Position numbers and translations under genes: made by a program
Notes under the pieces: model-generated
What the model was told of the DNA's origin: nothing
What the model saw: only the letters and a program-made list of their open reading frames with translations
The model's database searches: none
Shown here: piece after piece, positions 37,821-47,792 of the stretch
Position numbering within the stretch: the stretch's first letter is position 1
How the letters are laid out: the number at the start of each line of letters is the position of its first letter
Assembly: GCA_034422835.1 (NCBI GenBank)
Contig: DAOUJJ010000006.1
Location: forward strand, 64,799-128,798
DNA length: 64,000 nt
Source: Dehalococcoidia bacterium
GTDB lineage: Bacteria; Chloroflexota; Dehalococcoidia; UBA6926
Reading direction: 5' to 3'

Positions 37821-40631
37821 CGCATCATCCTCGCCGTCGAGGATTTCTGCGTCTGTGTCCTCGCCCTCAATCAGCGCATCGTCCTCAAGCGGGGCGTCGT
37901 CGTCCGGCACAATTTCTACGATGCTCTCGGACGGTTCGTCGGAGATTTCGGCGGTTGATTCCTCAGTGGTCTCCGCCTCTGCGGCCTTTGCCCTGCCGTT
38001 TCTGCGGCTCTTGGCGGATGTCTTTGTCTTTGCGCCGGCTTTGGCCTTCGACTTCGCGCCGTTCTTCTTACCGGAGCCGTTCTTTGCCTCCGGCTTGGGG
38101 AGTTCCTCTTCGGGCTCCGGGAACTGCGCTATCGCGACGACTACATCATCCTGCTCAAGGCGCATCACATGGACGCCGCTGGTGTCTCTCCCACGCGTGG
38201 GCCGCACATTGTCGAGAGTGGTGCGTATCACGATGCCCTTCCTGGAGATGAGCATGATCTCCTCGTCGCGCTTGGCGGCGGCGAGGCCCACAATCAGGCC
38301 GGTGTTCTTGTGGCGATCACTCCGCACCTTGAACGTGGCGACCCCCATGCCGCCCCTGTTGCGGAGCGGGTACCCGTCGGTCTGGGTCCCTTTCGGCGTT
38401 TCGACAACCGCTCCGGTGCCCATGCGCGTGCTCTTGCCATAGCCACGGGCAGAGATTACGAAAAGGTACTTCTCCGGGTCTGCCATAACCGCGCCAACGA
38501 CGTTGTCTTCCGTGCCTCGCTTGCCGAAGCGGATGCCGCGCACGCCGCCGGACGTTGCGGATGCAACTCTCAACGCGTTCGTCTCGAATCGGATAGCGAG
38601 ACCTTGCTCGGTTACGAGAATGACCTGGTCTTCCTCCTTTGCCAGGATGACGCTGACAAGATCGTCACCCTCTTCCAGATCCATCGCCTTCTTCCCAGTG
38701 CTGCGGATGCGGACGAAGCGCTCCAGGGGCGTTCGCTTCACCTCGCCCTTGCGCGTGGCGAATACGAGGTAATCGTGTTCAGAGAGATCAGATGCCGCCA
38801 TAACGGTCGTCACTTGCTCGTTGGGCGCCAAGGCGCTGCCCTGGAACAGGTTGGCGACGGGGATGCCGCGCGCCGTCCGTGACGCCTCCGCCGGCAGGTC
38901 AAAGCACCTGAGCGTCGTTACGCGGCCCCGGTTTGTGAAGAACAGCAGCGTGTCATGCGTGTCACAGACCAACAGGTGTTGAACGATGTCCTCTTCTCGC
39001 GTGGTCACGCCGGTCACGCCCCTGCCGCCCCGGTGCTGCCGCCGGTACGCGGACGCCAGCACGCGCTTGATGTAGCCGCGCTGGCTGATGGTGACGACGA
39101 CCTCGTTGTGCGGAATCAGATCCTCGCGGCGAACCGCGCCGAGTTCGTTCTCGTCAATCTCGGTGCGGCGCTCGTCGCCGTGCTTCTCCTTGAGCTCCTC
39201 GATCTCCTCACGAACGACGGTCGTGATGCGGGTCGGGTCGGCAAGGATGGACTCCAACTCGGCGATGCGCTCACGCAGTTCCTCAAGTTCTTCCAGGATG
39301 GCCTGGCTCTCAAGAGCGGCGAGACGGCGCAGCTGCATATCGAGGATCGCCTGCGCCTGCCGTTGTGACAGCGTGTAGCGCTCGATCAGCGTGATGCGGG
39401 CGGCGTCAGCAGACTCGGCGTTGCGAATGACCTCAATGACTTCATCGAGATTGTCCAGAGCGACGCGAAGCCCCTCCAACACGTGGGCGCGGTCCTGCGC
39501 GCGGCGCAATTCATAGCGTGTGCGGTTGATAACAACATCACGCCGGAAGCGGATGAAGTGGTGGATGATCTGCCGGAGCGGCAGGACCTGCGGCTCTCCG
39601 TCCACCAGCGCCAGGGCGTTGATGGAGAAGGAGGTGCGCATGGCCGTGTGTTCAAAGAGATTGTTGAGAACGATGTGGGCGGCGGCGTCACGCCGCAGTT
39701 CAATGACGACCCGCAGCCCATCGCGGTCCGATTCATCTCGAATCTCGCTGATGCCGTCCAGCCGCTTGCTGCGGACGAGATCGGCCATCTTTTCGACAAG
39801 CGCCGCCTTGTTGACCTGATAAGGAAGTTCAGTGACGACGATCTGCGAGCGTTGGTTGCGCCCTTCGATCTCCTGGATCTCGGCCCGCGCCTCGATGATG
39901 ACGCGGCCGCGGCCGGTGGCGTAGGCGCTGCGCACGCCCTCCGTGCCGCGGATGATGCCCTGGGTGGGGAAATCCGGTCCCTTGATGAATTGATGCAGCT
40001 CATCGAGCGTGGCATCGAACTCGCCGCCGCCCGGCGTCTCGCGCCAGCGTTCGATGGCGAACAGGATGGCATCGCAGACTTCAGTCAGATTGTGGGGCGG
40101 CATGTTTGTCGCCATGCCGACGGCGATGCCCGCCGTGCCGTTGACCAAAAGGTTGGGAATGCGTGCCGGCAGGACAACCGGCTCACGCTCCGAACCGTCA
40201 AAGTTCTCCGCAAACGCGACGGTCTGCCTGTCGATGTCGGTAAGCATCTCCTCCGCGATAGAGGCCAGCCGCGCCTCCGTGTAGCGCATGGCAGCGGGCG
40301 GATCGTTATCGACGGAGCCAAAGTTGCCCTGACCGTCAACAAGCGGATAGCGCAGCGAGAACGGCTGGGCAAGGCGAACAAGGGCGTCATAGACCGGCGA
40401 ATCGCCGTGCGGATGGTACTTGGCGATGACATCACCCACGACACGGGCGCTCTTGCGGTAGGCGGTGTTGCTGCGCATCCCCTGTTCATACATGGCGTAG
40501 AGGACACGGCGCTGGACGGGCTTGAGTCCGTCTCGAACATCCGGCAGGGCGCGCGAGACGATGACGCTCATCGCGTAGTCCAGATACGCCTCGCGCATCT
40601 GGCGTTCAAGGGCAACGGAGCGTTCAACCAT
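37776..40631 (-). CDS. gyrA: DNA gyrase subunit A
   Basis: Active-site Tyr region ([10 protein letters not shown]), GyrA-box (QRGGRG) in the C-terminal beta-pinwheel, acidic tail. ATG at 40631 sits 9 nt after GGAGG. Confidence 0.95.
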   Translation of the reverse strand: MVERSVALERQMREAYLDYAMSVIVSRALPDVRDGLKPVQRRVLYAMYEQGMRSNTAYRKSARVVGDVIAKYHPHGDSPVYDALVRLAQPFSLRYPLVDGQGNFGSVDNDPPAAMRYTEARLASIAEEMLTDIDRQTVAFAENFDGSEREPVVLPARIPNLLVNGTAGIAVGMATNMPPHNLTEVCDAILFAIERWRETPGGGEFDATLDELHQFIKGPDFPTQGIIRGTEGVRSAYATGRGRVIIEARAEIQEIEGRNQRSQIVVTELPYQVNKAALVEKMADLVRSKRLDGISEIRDESDRDGLRVVIELRRDAAAHIVLNNLFEHTAMRTSFSINALALVDGEPQVLPLRQIIHHFIRFRRDVVINRTRYELRRAQDRAHVLEGLRVALDNLDEVIEVIRNAESADAARITLIERYTLSQRQAQAILDMQLRRLAALESQAILEELEELRERIAELESILADPTRITTVVREEIEELKEKHGDERRTEIDENELGAVRREDLIPHNEVVVTISQRGYIKRVLASAYRRQHRGGRGVTGVTTREEDIVQHLLVCDTHDTLLFFTNRGRVTTLRCFDLPAEASRTARGIPVANLFQGSALAPNEQVTTVMAASDLSEHDYLVFATRKGEVKRTPLERFVRIRSTGKKAMDLEEGDDLVSVILAKEEDQVILVTEQGLAIRFETNALRVASATSGGVRGIRFGKRGTEDNVVGAVMADPEKYLFVISARGYGKSTRMGTGAVVETPKGTQTDGYPLRNRGGMGVATFKVRSDRHKNTGLIVGLAAAKRDEEIMLISRKGIVIRTTLDNVRPTRGRDTSGVHVMRLEQDDVVVAIAQFPEPEEELPKPEAKNGSGKKNGAKSKAKAGAKTKTSAKSRRNGRAKAAEAETTEESTAEISDEPSESIVEIVPDDDAPLEDDALIEGEDTDAEILDGEDDADADILDDDAEEDEE

Positions 40632-40755
40632 GAAGCATCGCCTCCATCCCGGGCCGACGGGCAAATCAGGCGCTAAGAAACGTCGGAAATCCTATTTGAT
40701 TCGTGCGCCCAGTCTAGCATTTTTGGGGTGGAAATGCATCACATATACGGGTCGG

Positions 40756-40838
40756 TGCGTGACCCTGAGCCTTCTTCCTCCGGTCACCCTGAGCGCAGTC
40801 GAAGGGCGAACTCCCCCATGTCATTCCGAGCGCAGCCG
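40756..40838. repeat. Composite REP-like repeat (reverse orientation): GGTCACCCTGAGCGCAGTCGAAGGGCGAAC plus degenerate GTCATTCC...GGAATC palindrome
   Basis: Reverse complement matches the CGCCCTTCGAC...GCTCAGGGTGA companion motif. Forms the left border of the MTase-HNH islet. Confidence 0.55.
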
Positions 40839-40844
40839 AGGAAT

Positions 40845-41150
40845 CTAAATTCTGCTTCGCAAGGCCTCTCGCACTAGCGCGGCCCGACCTCTGCCGTCTA
40901 TTCCGAAATATCCGATTGCCCGCAAACGGCCAAACTTTGTGTCACTGCGAATCTCTTCCTTTTCCCTTTCGTCCATGTCCGAATAGTCGAGGATTTCATC
41001 CAATGTCATTTTATCCATGTCATCCGAAGACAGGAGCATGAACTTTACGATCGCCTCATGATGCGGATCGTACGCGGCTGTCCATTTCGGGCGAGGCGTC
41101 TGAAACCTCCGCTTGATGGACTCTATGAGCACGACGACAATCTTCACCAT
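40845..41150 (-). CDS. Hypothetical small acidic protein, 101 aa, downstream in the MTase-HNH operon (low GC)
   Basis: ORF immediately downstream of the MTase-HNH gene on the same strand. No recognisable domain. Confidence 0.4.
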   Translation of the reverse strand: MVKIVVVLIESIKRRFQTPRPKWTAAYDPHHEAIVKFMLLSSDDMDKMTLDEILDYSDMDEREKEEIRSDTKFGRLRAIGYFGIDGRGRAALVREALRSRI

Positions 41151-41165
41151 TTTCTGGCCCCTTTC

Positions 41166-42626
41166 TCAGTCGCGCCGGATACCATCTCGCCGAAGTTTCG
41201 CTAGCAGTTCCTCTTGCGTTCCCGTGCCTTTCGTCGAGTTGCAAGCCTGACACAGTAGTTGCAGGTTGGCGATGTGGTCAGTACCGCCCTTTGCGCGGGG
41301 TACGACGTGGTCGATGGTGAGATTGCGATACGGGAACAACGTTAAGCATCCGCTACAATGTCCCTCTTGCGCTCCGTACAGGTGACGCTTGTTCGCGTCC
41401 ACATTGTACGGCGGGATGCTTCCCAAGTCCGTCCGTCTGGGAACGTCGGTGCGATGATTGACTCTCAGTGAAGTGAATCCCAACTCATTGCCGAGCCGCA
41501 TCTTGACCAGTTCGTGGGCCTTTGGCGATACGTCTATGCCTACCCACTTGCGCTTCTCGCCATCTTTGAAGCTCTCTGCGGCCACGCACGCCGTCGCGCA
41601 ACCACAGAACGGATCGAGTACTACATCGCCGGGATCAGAGGACGCTGCAATGATGCGCTTTAGCAGGGCAAGGGGTTTCTGTGTGGGATACCCCGTGCGC
41701 TCCGAGTGATTGCCCGTTAGCGCCGGAATATCGTCCCACAGATTCGAGACGGGTTGGCCCTTGCTCTCATTGAGATACACCTTGCGCTCAGGGACACCTG
41801 CCCTGCTTTCGGGGATGCCCGCGCCGCTCCGAGCCTGTCTGATTCGTTTGTCTGCATCGAGTTCCATCATTCGCGCCTGGCTGTAACGCCATGTCCGCAC
41901 ATGACCACGAAACTCATATTGATACCCTCCCCCCGACAATCCGCCCGTATGCAGGGGGGCAGTACGGTAAGGCCCGCGCCCATCGTTGTCATTGTGACGA
42001 TATGTCTTCTTTACGTATTCAGGGTCAAGAGGACGGCGCGGGCCATTCCAAATCCCCTTGCCATCTTTCGCATAGAAGAGCAGCGTATCGCAAACACGGC
42101 CAAAGCCTCGGGCGTCGTTGTGAGAGCCGTACCGCCGCCACACAACCTCATTGCGAAAGTTGCCCTGCCCAAAGATAGAGTCCATGACCTGCTTGAGATA
42201 GTGACTGGCCGTGTCGTCGCAATGCAGGTAGATGCTGCCCGTCGTCTTGAGGACGCGCTTCATCTCAAGCAAGCGGACGGCCATCATAATCAGGTACGCC
42301 TTCATACCCTTGCCATGCGACAGACCGGCGGCGTCAATCACGCTGTAGAGCGCAGGCTCCTTCTCCGCAATCTCGCCGTGCCATGCCACGTCCAAATCGT
42401 CGAGCGTCCAAATGTCCTTGAATTCCGCGCCCTCTGCCGGACTGCCGATTGGCGCTCCGTAACTCTGATTGGAGTTGAACGGAGGATCGAGATAGATGAG
42501 GTCTACTGTCTCGCTGTTCATACCCCGCAGAATGTCGAGGTTGTCACCCGTCCAGATAGTACGATTCTTGAAGTTGGGGGCTGCCATCAGCGCGCCCCAT
42601 CCCGGGGGCGCGCGACGATGCGGCAT
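41166..42626 (-). CDS. DNA methyltransferase (N6-adenine/N4-cytosine, beta-class: DPPF ... FxGxG) fused to C-terminal HNH endonuclease domain, 486 aa
   Basis: Motif IV IYLDPPFNS precedes motif I VVLDPFCGCATA (beta-class order). The C-terminus CSGCLTLFPYRNLTIDHVVPRAKGGTDHIANLQLLCQACNSTKG is an HNH motif. GC is low relative to flanks. An alternative start at 42587 (MAAPNF...) is possible. Confidence 0.85.
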   Translation of the reverse strand: MPHRRAPPGWGALMAAPNFKNRTIWTGDNLDILRGMNSETVDLIYLDPPFNSNQSYGAPIGSPAEGAEFKDIWTLDDLDVAWHGEIAEKEPALYSVIDAAGLSHGKGMKAYLIMMAVRLLEMKRVLKTTGSIYLHCDDTASHYLKQVMDSIFGQGNFRNEVVWRRYGSHNDARGFGRVCDTLLFYAKDGKGIWNGPRRPLDPEYVKKTYRHNDNDGRGPYRTAPLHTGGLSGGGYQYEFRGHVRTWRYSQARMMELDADKRIRQARSGAGIPESRAGVPERKVYLNESKGQPVSNLWDDIPALTGNHSERTGYPTQKPLALLKRIIAASSDPGDVVLDPFCGCATACVAAESFKDGEKRKWVGIDVSPKAHELVKMRLGNELGFTSLRVNHRTDVPRRTDLGSIPPYNVDANKRHLYGAQEGHCSGCLTLFPYRNLTIDHVVPRAKGGTDHIANLQLLCQACNSTKGTGTQEELLAKLRRDGIRRD

Positions 42627-42894
42627 CGCATCGTGGAACGGAACCGACTATCCACTGAGTGCCCCCCTGCGGCATCGTGACCGGGACTTCTTGCAACAGG
42701 AGCCAGCAATCAACGTAGATCCGCAAGGGGACAGGGGAATCCCTGCCGCGATGCGATTGACCTACGCTCAAAAAAGAATACGTAGCTCCTGTTGCACGCT
42801 CATTCTGCTAGCCGTCGGGGAGGCTGTCAACGGGAATTAGTGGTCGCTCCGTACGGGTGAGTGGCAACGGTGATGTGGGGCTCAATGAGTTTCG

Positions 42895-43007
42895 GATTCC
42901 CGCTTTCGCGGGAATGACGGAGGGGGACGGGAATGACGGAGGGCGGGCGCCCTTCGACGGGCTCAGGGCGAACGGGGGCGGGGGTAGGCTCAGGGTGAGC
43001 GGTGGGG
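42895..43007. repeat. Composite REP-like repeat: GGATTCCCGCTTTCGCGGGAATGACGG + GGGAATGACGG + CGCCCTTCGACGGGCTCAGGGCGAACGG + GGCTCAGGGTGAGCGG
   Basis: Right border of the MTase-HNH islet. Same motifs as at 14306-14441. Confidence 0.7.
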
Positions 43008-43036
43008 GCTTGGGGGGCGCTGGGGGCGCGGGGGCT

Positions 43037-44380
43037 TTATTGGCCTAGGTGGATTTCTGTTGTTGGGTTGAGGGCTGCCCAGAGGAACCAGAGGGCGTTA
43101 TCCGCCTTGACGGGTGTTAGGCGCTGACCGCCAAGCTCACCCTCATCACCGGCTCCAAGCAGCGTCCACAGCGTTCCGGTTTCCGTGTCACGGAAGAAAT
43201 CGCCCGCCGCCTCAAATTCCAGGATGCGATCACCAAGCCGTCGGCTGAACGCTGCTGCGGAGCCGGAGTCGTGCGATGCCGCAATGCTCTCTTCATCCAG
43301 GGCCGAACGCGTGCCGGCTTTCCAGAACACAACCACCGGCTCGCCGCCAATCTCCGTATTGACGACCTGCGCCTGCCTGAGGCGCGCAAACGGGAACGCA
43401 ATGACCTCCTCGCCGATCTCCACGCCCAGCACGCGCTCCTTGGGGCTCAGGCGCTCATCAAGTTGGCCGATGAAAAGGTCAGGCGGATTGTTGGGCGAAT
43501 CGTAGCCGAAATACTGCGAGCCGCCGTACACGGGCCAGAACTCCGGGTTTCCGCTTGCCGGCGACAAGACTCTGCCCTCAGGGTACGAGCGGAAGAACTC
43601 GGCGAAGGAGGTGATGTAGGCGGGGATGTACTCAAGCTGCTGCCCCGCCGCCGCGCCGACGATGGCCTGTCCGCCCGCCTGCTGCCACCACGATTCCGTT
43701 TGATCGTCCCACATCACCTGGTTGGAAAGGCGCAGGTTGCCCGTTGTGCCGAAGTTCAGTTCGACACCGTCAACCACACGGCTAAAGGCCTTTGCCGTGT
43801 ATCCCAGCGGAGAATATGTAACGAGCACCGGCTGGCCGCCGATGCTGTCATTCACGACCTCATGGAAGGTCAGGATGCCGAGCGGATAGGCGCGGGCATC
43901 GCCATTGATCTCCACAACAGCGACGGGATGATCAAGCGTCAGCCAACTCCGCATGGCTTCATCTGCGACTGTTTCAAGAACCGAGCGGAATTGAGGTTGA
44001 TAGATAGGCTCGATCCCGTTTCGAGCCGCTCCACCGGAGATAATCTCATCCGGGTCCACCGTCCATCGGCGGAAGTCCGTCTCCCGCCAATGGCTGATGT
44101 TCACGCTGAGCGGCGGAATCTCCACATAGACGTTCACACCGTCAACAACGTCAAAGTGCCCGGGGGCAGGCGTATTCGTTGCCACGGCGGGCGGCAGAGT
44201 GGAGCGTGGCGTCGGACTGGCGCCGGGAATCAAGCTGCGGTCGCCGGTTGCCGTACTTCCATTGCACCCGACAGCCAATGCGGCAACGACTACCACCGTA
44301 ATCAGTGGCACAATAGCAAGGGCGGGCTGCAATCGGTTCATTACCCGAAGCCTGAAGGTATTAGCCAGTCGGTTCGTCAT
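43037..44380 (-). CDS. DUF3179-family secreted/lipoprotein, 447 aa
   Basis: Signal/TM N-terminus with Cys (LAVGCNGS). Central PVLVTYSPLGYTAKAF block resembles the DUF3179 core. Confidence 0.55.
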   Translation of the reverse strand: MTNRLANTFRLRVMNRLQPALAIVPLITVVVVAALAVGCNGSTATGDRSLIPGASPTPRSTLPPAVATNTPAPGHFDVVDGVNVYVEIPPLSVNISHWRETDFRRWTVDPDEIISGGAARNGIEPIYQPQFRSVLETVADEAMRSWLTLDHPVAVVEINGDARAYPLGILTFHEVVNDSIGGQPVLVTYSPLGYTAKAFSRVVDGVELNFGTTGNLRLSNQVMWDDQTESWWQQAGGQAIVGAAAGQQLEYIPAYITSFAEFFRSYPEGRVLSPASGNPEFWPVYGGSQYFGYDSPNNPPDLFIGQLDERLSPKERVLGVEIGEEVIAFPFARLRQAQVVNTEIGGEPVVVFWKAGTRSALDEESIAASHDSGSAAAFSRRLGDRILEFEAAGDFFRDTETGTLWTLLGAGDEGELGGQRLTPVKADNALWFLWAALNPTTEIHLGQ

Positions 44381-44473
44381 GTCCTGTCACTTGTGGCATC
44401 GCGCTTGGAGGTGCGCCTATGCGCTTTCCAGTATGTCACGGAGGGCAGAAAAGCGAGAGGATATGAGGGTCGC

Positions 44474-45874
44474 GTGGTGACATCCAATTCCCGGGGGAGT
44501 GTTCTGATCAGCGGCGGACGGGTCATCGACCCGTGGCAGAATCTTGACGCCGCGGGAGACGTGCTGCTGCAGGATGGCCGTGTCGCGTGGACGCGCGTCG
44601 GCGCGGACGGCAGTCCCGACGTCCCGTCCGATACACGGCGGATCGATGCGTCGGGCATGATCGTCGCTCCCGGTTTCATTGACCTGCACGCCCACCTCCG
44701 TGAACCGGGGCAGGAGCACAAGGAGACCATTGAGAGCGGCACGCGCGCGGCGGCGAAAGGCGGCTTCACCACCGTCTGCGCCATGCCAAACACAGAGCCG
44801 CCCCTCGACTCGCCCGAGTTGATTGAATTTGTGAAGCGCCGCGCGGCGTCCGACGCGAGTGTCCATGTCCTGCCCATCGGAACAATCACCGTTGGGCGAG
44901 CGGGCCGGGAGCTTGCGGATCTCAGTGGGCTCGCCGCGGCGGGGGCTGCGCTGCTCAGCGATGATGGCTCAGCCGTCGCGAACGACGATGTCATGCGGGC
45001 GGCCTTTGTGGAATCCGCGCGGCTCGGCCTGCCTCTGAGCCAGCACTCCGAGGACCCGGAGGTCATCGGCAACGCGGCGGCGCATGCAGGCGAGGCGGCA
45101 AGGGAACTTGGGCTGCCCGCCGCGCCCGCCGAGGCGGAGACGAGCATCGTCGAGCGAGACCTGAGACTGGTTGCGGAGACGGGGGGGCGTTTGCACGTTG
45201 CCCACGTCTCAACGGCCGGCGCAGTTCACCTGCTGCGTGATGCCAAAGAGCGCGGCCTCCCTGTGACATCGGAGGTCACGCCGCACCACCTGACACTGAC
45301 GGATCGTGCCCTGTTGGGCGAACGGGGTCCGCAGTACGGGTGGCCAAACGGCCCTGTGGCAGACACGTCGCTGCGCGTCAATCCGCCGCTGCGCCCTGAA
45401 GAGCATGTGAACGCCTTGGTGGACGCGCTGCGCGAGGGAATGATTGACACTATTGCGACGGACCACGCGCCCCACTCAGCACAGGACAAGGACGGCAGGT
45501 TTGTCGACGCAGCGCCCGGCATTTCCGTCTTCGAGACGGCGTTCGGGCTGATGATGACAGCGCTTGTTCACACGGGGCGGCTGGACTTGCCGACCCTCAT
45601 TGCGCGGCTGACCATCGGCCCTGCCAGGATAATTGGCGCGGCGGCTGAAACGTTGGGGCTGCGCGGCCTGACGCCGGGCGCGGCGGCTGACGTTGTCGTG
45701 CTTGATCCCGAACGCGCGTGGACAGTGCGCGCGGATGAATTTGCCTCTCTGGGCAAGAACACGCCGCTGGAGGGATGTGAACTGCGGGGGATGGTAACCC
45801 ACACCTTTGTCGGCGGAGTCCAGGTCTATGCGGTGGAGGAACAGCCTGCGGCGCATGGGGCGGCGCGGTCATGA
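44474..45874 (+). CDS. pyrC: Dihydroorotase
   Basis: Amidohydrolase metal-binding motifs (DLHAHLREPG, HVAHVST, DHAPH). A GTG start near 44474 follows GAGGG. The upstream part of the 867-aa track ORF is antisense noise. Confidence 0.88.
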   Translation: MVTSNSRGSVLISGGRVIDPWQNLDAAGDVLLQDGRVAWTRVGADGSPDVPSDTRRIDASGMIVAPGFIDLHAHLREPGQEHKETIESGTRAAAKGGFTTVCAMPNTEPPLDSPELIEFVKRRAASDASVHVLPIGTITVGRAGRELADLSGLAAAGAALLSDDGSAVANDDVMRAAFVESARLGLPLSQHSEDPEVIGNAAAHAGEAARELGLPAAPAEAETSIVERDLRLVAETGGRLHVAHVSTAGAVHLLRDAKERGLPVTSEVTPHHLTLTDRALLGERGPQYGWPNGPVADTSLRVNPPLRPEEHVNALVDALREGMIDTIATDHAPHSAQDKDGRFVDAAPGISVFETAFGLMMTALVHTGRLDLPTLIARLTIGPARIIGAAAETLGLRGLTPGAAADVVVLDPERAWTVRADEFASLGKNTPLEGCELRGMVTHTFVGGVQVYAVEEQPAAHGAARS

Positions 45875-46992
45875 CGCTCATCGGGAGAACCGAGGAGCGA
45901 GAGGCGTTTCTCGTCCTGGAGGACGGGAGCATCCACCGCGGCTATGCGTTCGGCGCCGTTGGCGAGGAGGCCATCGGCGAGGTCGTCTTCAACACATCCA
46001 TGGTCGGGTACCAGGAGATGCTGACTGATCCATCGTATGGCGGGCAGATTCTCGTTCCGACGTACCCCCTGCAAGGCAATTACGGCATCAATGACCGCGA
46101 CGTCGAGTCCTCGCGGATACAGGTTCGCGGTTTCGTTGTCCGCGAGGCATGTGACTTGCCCAGCAACCGACTCTCGACACGCACCCTGGACGACTTCCTG
46201 CGAGATGAGGGTGTGCCCGGCATCTACGGAGTGGATACGCGCGCGCTCACGCGCCGAATCCGCATGGCCGGCGTCATGATGGGCATCATCACGACCGAGG
46301 GGTCGCCTGAGGAGGCGCTTACGCGGCTGCGTGAGGCGCCGGACTACGGCAGCCTTGATCTGGTCAGCGATGTTATCACGACATCCCCGTATGAATGGAC
46401 GGAGGGGCCGGGAGAGCTGCCGCCGGACGCGCCGCGCGTCGTTGTGATGGATGAAGGGTTGAAATACAACATCCTGCGGCTGTTGCGGCGGAGAGGATGC
46501 GCCGTGACCGTGGTCCCCAGTTCCACCTCATTCGACGACGTGATGGCTCTACGTCCCTCGGGCGTGCTCTTATCCCCCGGGCCGGGTGATCCGGCGCTGT
46601 TGGAAGGAGTCGTGCAGACTGCGGGGGGCTTGCTGGGGCGGCTGCCGGTCATGGGCATCTGCCTCGGGCACCAGGTGGTCGCGCGGGCTTTGGGCGGGCA
46701 AACGTACAAGCTGAAGTTCGGGCACCGGGGCGGGAATCATCCCGTCAAGGACCTCGCCACCGACCTTGTGACGATCACGGCGCAGAATCACGGCTACGCG
46801 GTGGACTCGGACGGACTGCCACCGGGGCTGGAGGTAAGCCACATCAACCTGAACGACCACACGGTCGAGGGGCTGACCCATCGTGAAATGCCCCTGCTGA
46901 CGATTCAGTATCACTCTGAGGCGTCGCCGGGCCCTCTGGACAATGAATATCTTTTTGACCGGTTTTTAGACTTGATTCGAGAATACAGGTAG
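45871..46992 (+). CDS. carA: Carbamoyl-phosphate synthase small (glutaminase) subunit
   Basis: CPSase small-chain N-terminal domain plus class-I GATase (GICLGHQ, HGYAV). ATGA overlap with pyrC. Confidence 0.95.
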   Translation: MTLIGRTEEREAFLVLEDGSIHRGYAFGAVGEEAIGEVVFNTSMVGYQEMLTDPSYGGQILVPTYPLQGNYGINDRDVESSRIQVRGFVVREACDLPSNRLSTRTLDDFLRDEGVPGIYGVDTRALTRRIRMAGVMMGIITTEGSPEEALTRLREAPDYGSLDLVSDVITTSPYEWTEGPGELPPDAPRVVVMDEGLKYNILRLLRRRGCAVTVVPSSTSFDDVMALRPSGVLLSPGPGDPALLEGVVQTAGGLLGRLPVMGICLGHQVVARALGGQTYKLKFGHRGGNHPVKDLATDLVTITAQNHGYAVDSDGLPPGLEVSHINLNDHTVEGLTHREMPLLTIQYHSEASPGPLDNEYLFDRFLDLIREYR

Positions 46993-47080
46993 GGTATAGT
47001 GTCGCGAAGCGCGGGTAAAGCGGAATTGGTTTTTGTGTCGACGTCGTGTTTCACGGCGGTCGGCCGAGAAGGAGGTTTCG

Positions 47081-47686
47081 ATGGTGCTGGAAATGGAAGC
47101 GCCACTGGACCGGGGCTATACACCTACCCAACAGACGGAGCCCCAACGCCGGCAGTCCCAACTGGTCGAGTACGAGATTCTCGACTCTTATTGGGTACAT
47201 CAGCATCAATGGATCTGGTTGTCGGGCCTGGTACTGGTCACAATTTCGATGTTCGGCATGGCCGTGTTGCCCATGGGGCTGGCAGGCCACGAGCTGCGCA
47301 CCGAAATCATCAGCTTTGTATCGGTCATTTCAGTTGCGCTCACACTCATCTGGTGGGGCATGCTGCGCCACATGTTGAACGCATTAGCAGTGGTGAAGCA
47401 TCGCAAGCGCGAGATAGAGCGCAGTTTGGGAATGCGGATGGAGTTCTACCTTGCGGCATCACGGGCGCGCAGCAAGCGCGATCGCATTCGCGAGTTCGCT
47501 CAGCAGGAAGCGGGCGACGATCCGGAGCTTCGCGCGGACATCGCCGATTTCCTCCGATCCGTCACCGTTCGCCAGAGCTTCATCCCGGGCGAAGAGAGCG
47601 CATGGGCCATCATCCCGTTCCTCTTCATGGGCGCGTGGATCGTCTTCTGGGCCATCACGGCCGGCCCGTCAATCTTCAGCTTCTAG
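47081..47686 (+). CDS. Hypothetical integral membrane protein (~201 aa, 3-4 TM) inserted between carA and carB
   Basis: ATG follows GAAGGAGG. Hydrophobic helices present (WIWLSGLVLVTISMFGMAVL, IISFVSVISVALTLIWWGML, WAIIPFLFMGAWIVFWAI). Confidence 0.5.
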   Translation: MVLEMEAPLDRGYTPTQQTEPQRRQSQLVEYEILDSYWVHQHQWIWLSGLVLVTISMFGMAVLPMGLAGHELRTEIISFVSVISVALTLIWWGMLRHMLNALAVVKHRKREIERSLGMRMEFYLAASRARSKRDRIREFAQQEAGDDPELRADIADFLRSVTVRQSFIPGEESAWAIIPFLFMGAWIVFWAITAGPSIFSF

Positions 47687-47792
47687 GGCCAAGCGTCAAC
47701 ATCGTTTACACGTCGCGCGTCCCGGCGCAACCTGCCGGGGCGCGTGAACTTGTGTCTCTGACGCACTCGGCATCCCTGCGCGGGAGGGCGGC

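Noticed and set aside
43271-45874. 867-aa ORF spanning antisense of the DUF3179 gene and then pyrC
   Set aside because: Only the last ~466 codons (from ~44474) match dihydroorotase. The upstream 400 codons are Arg/Ala-rich antisense read-through typical of high-GC DNA.
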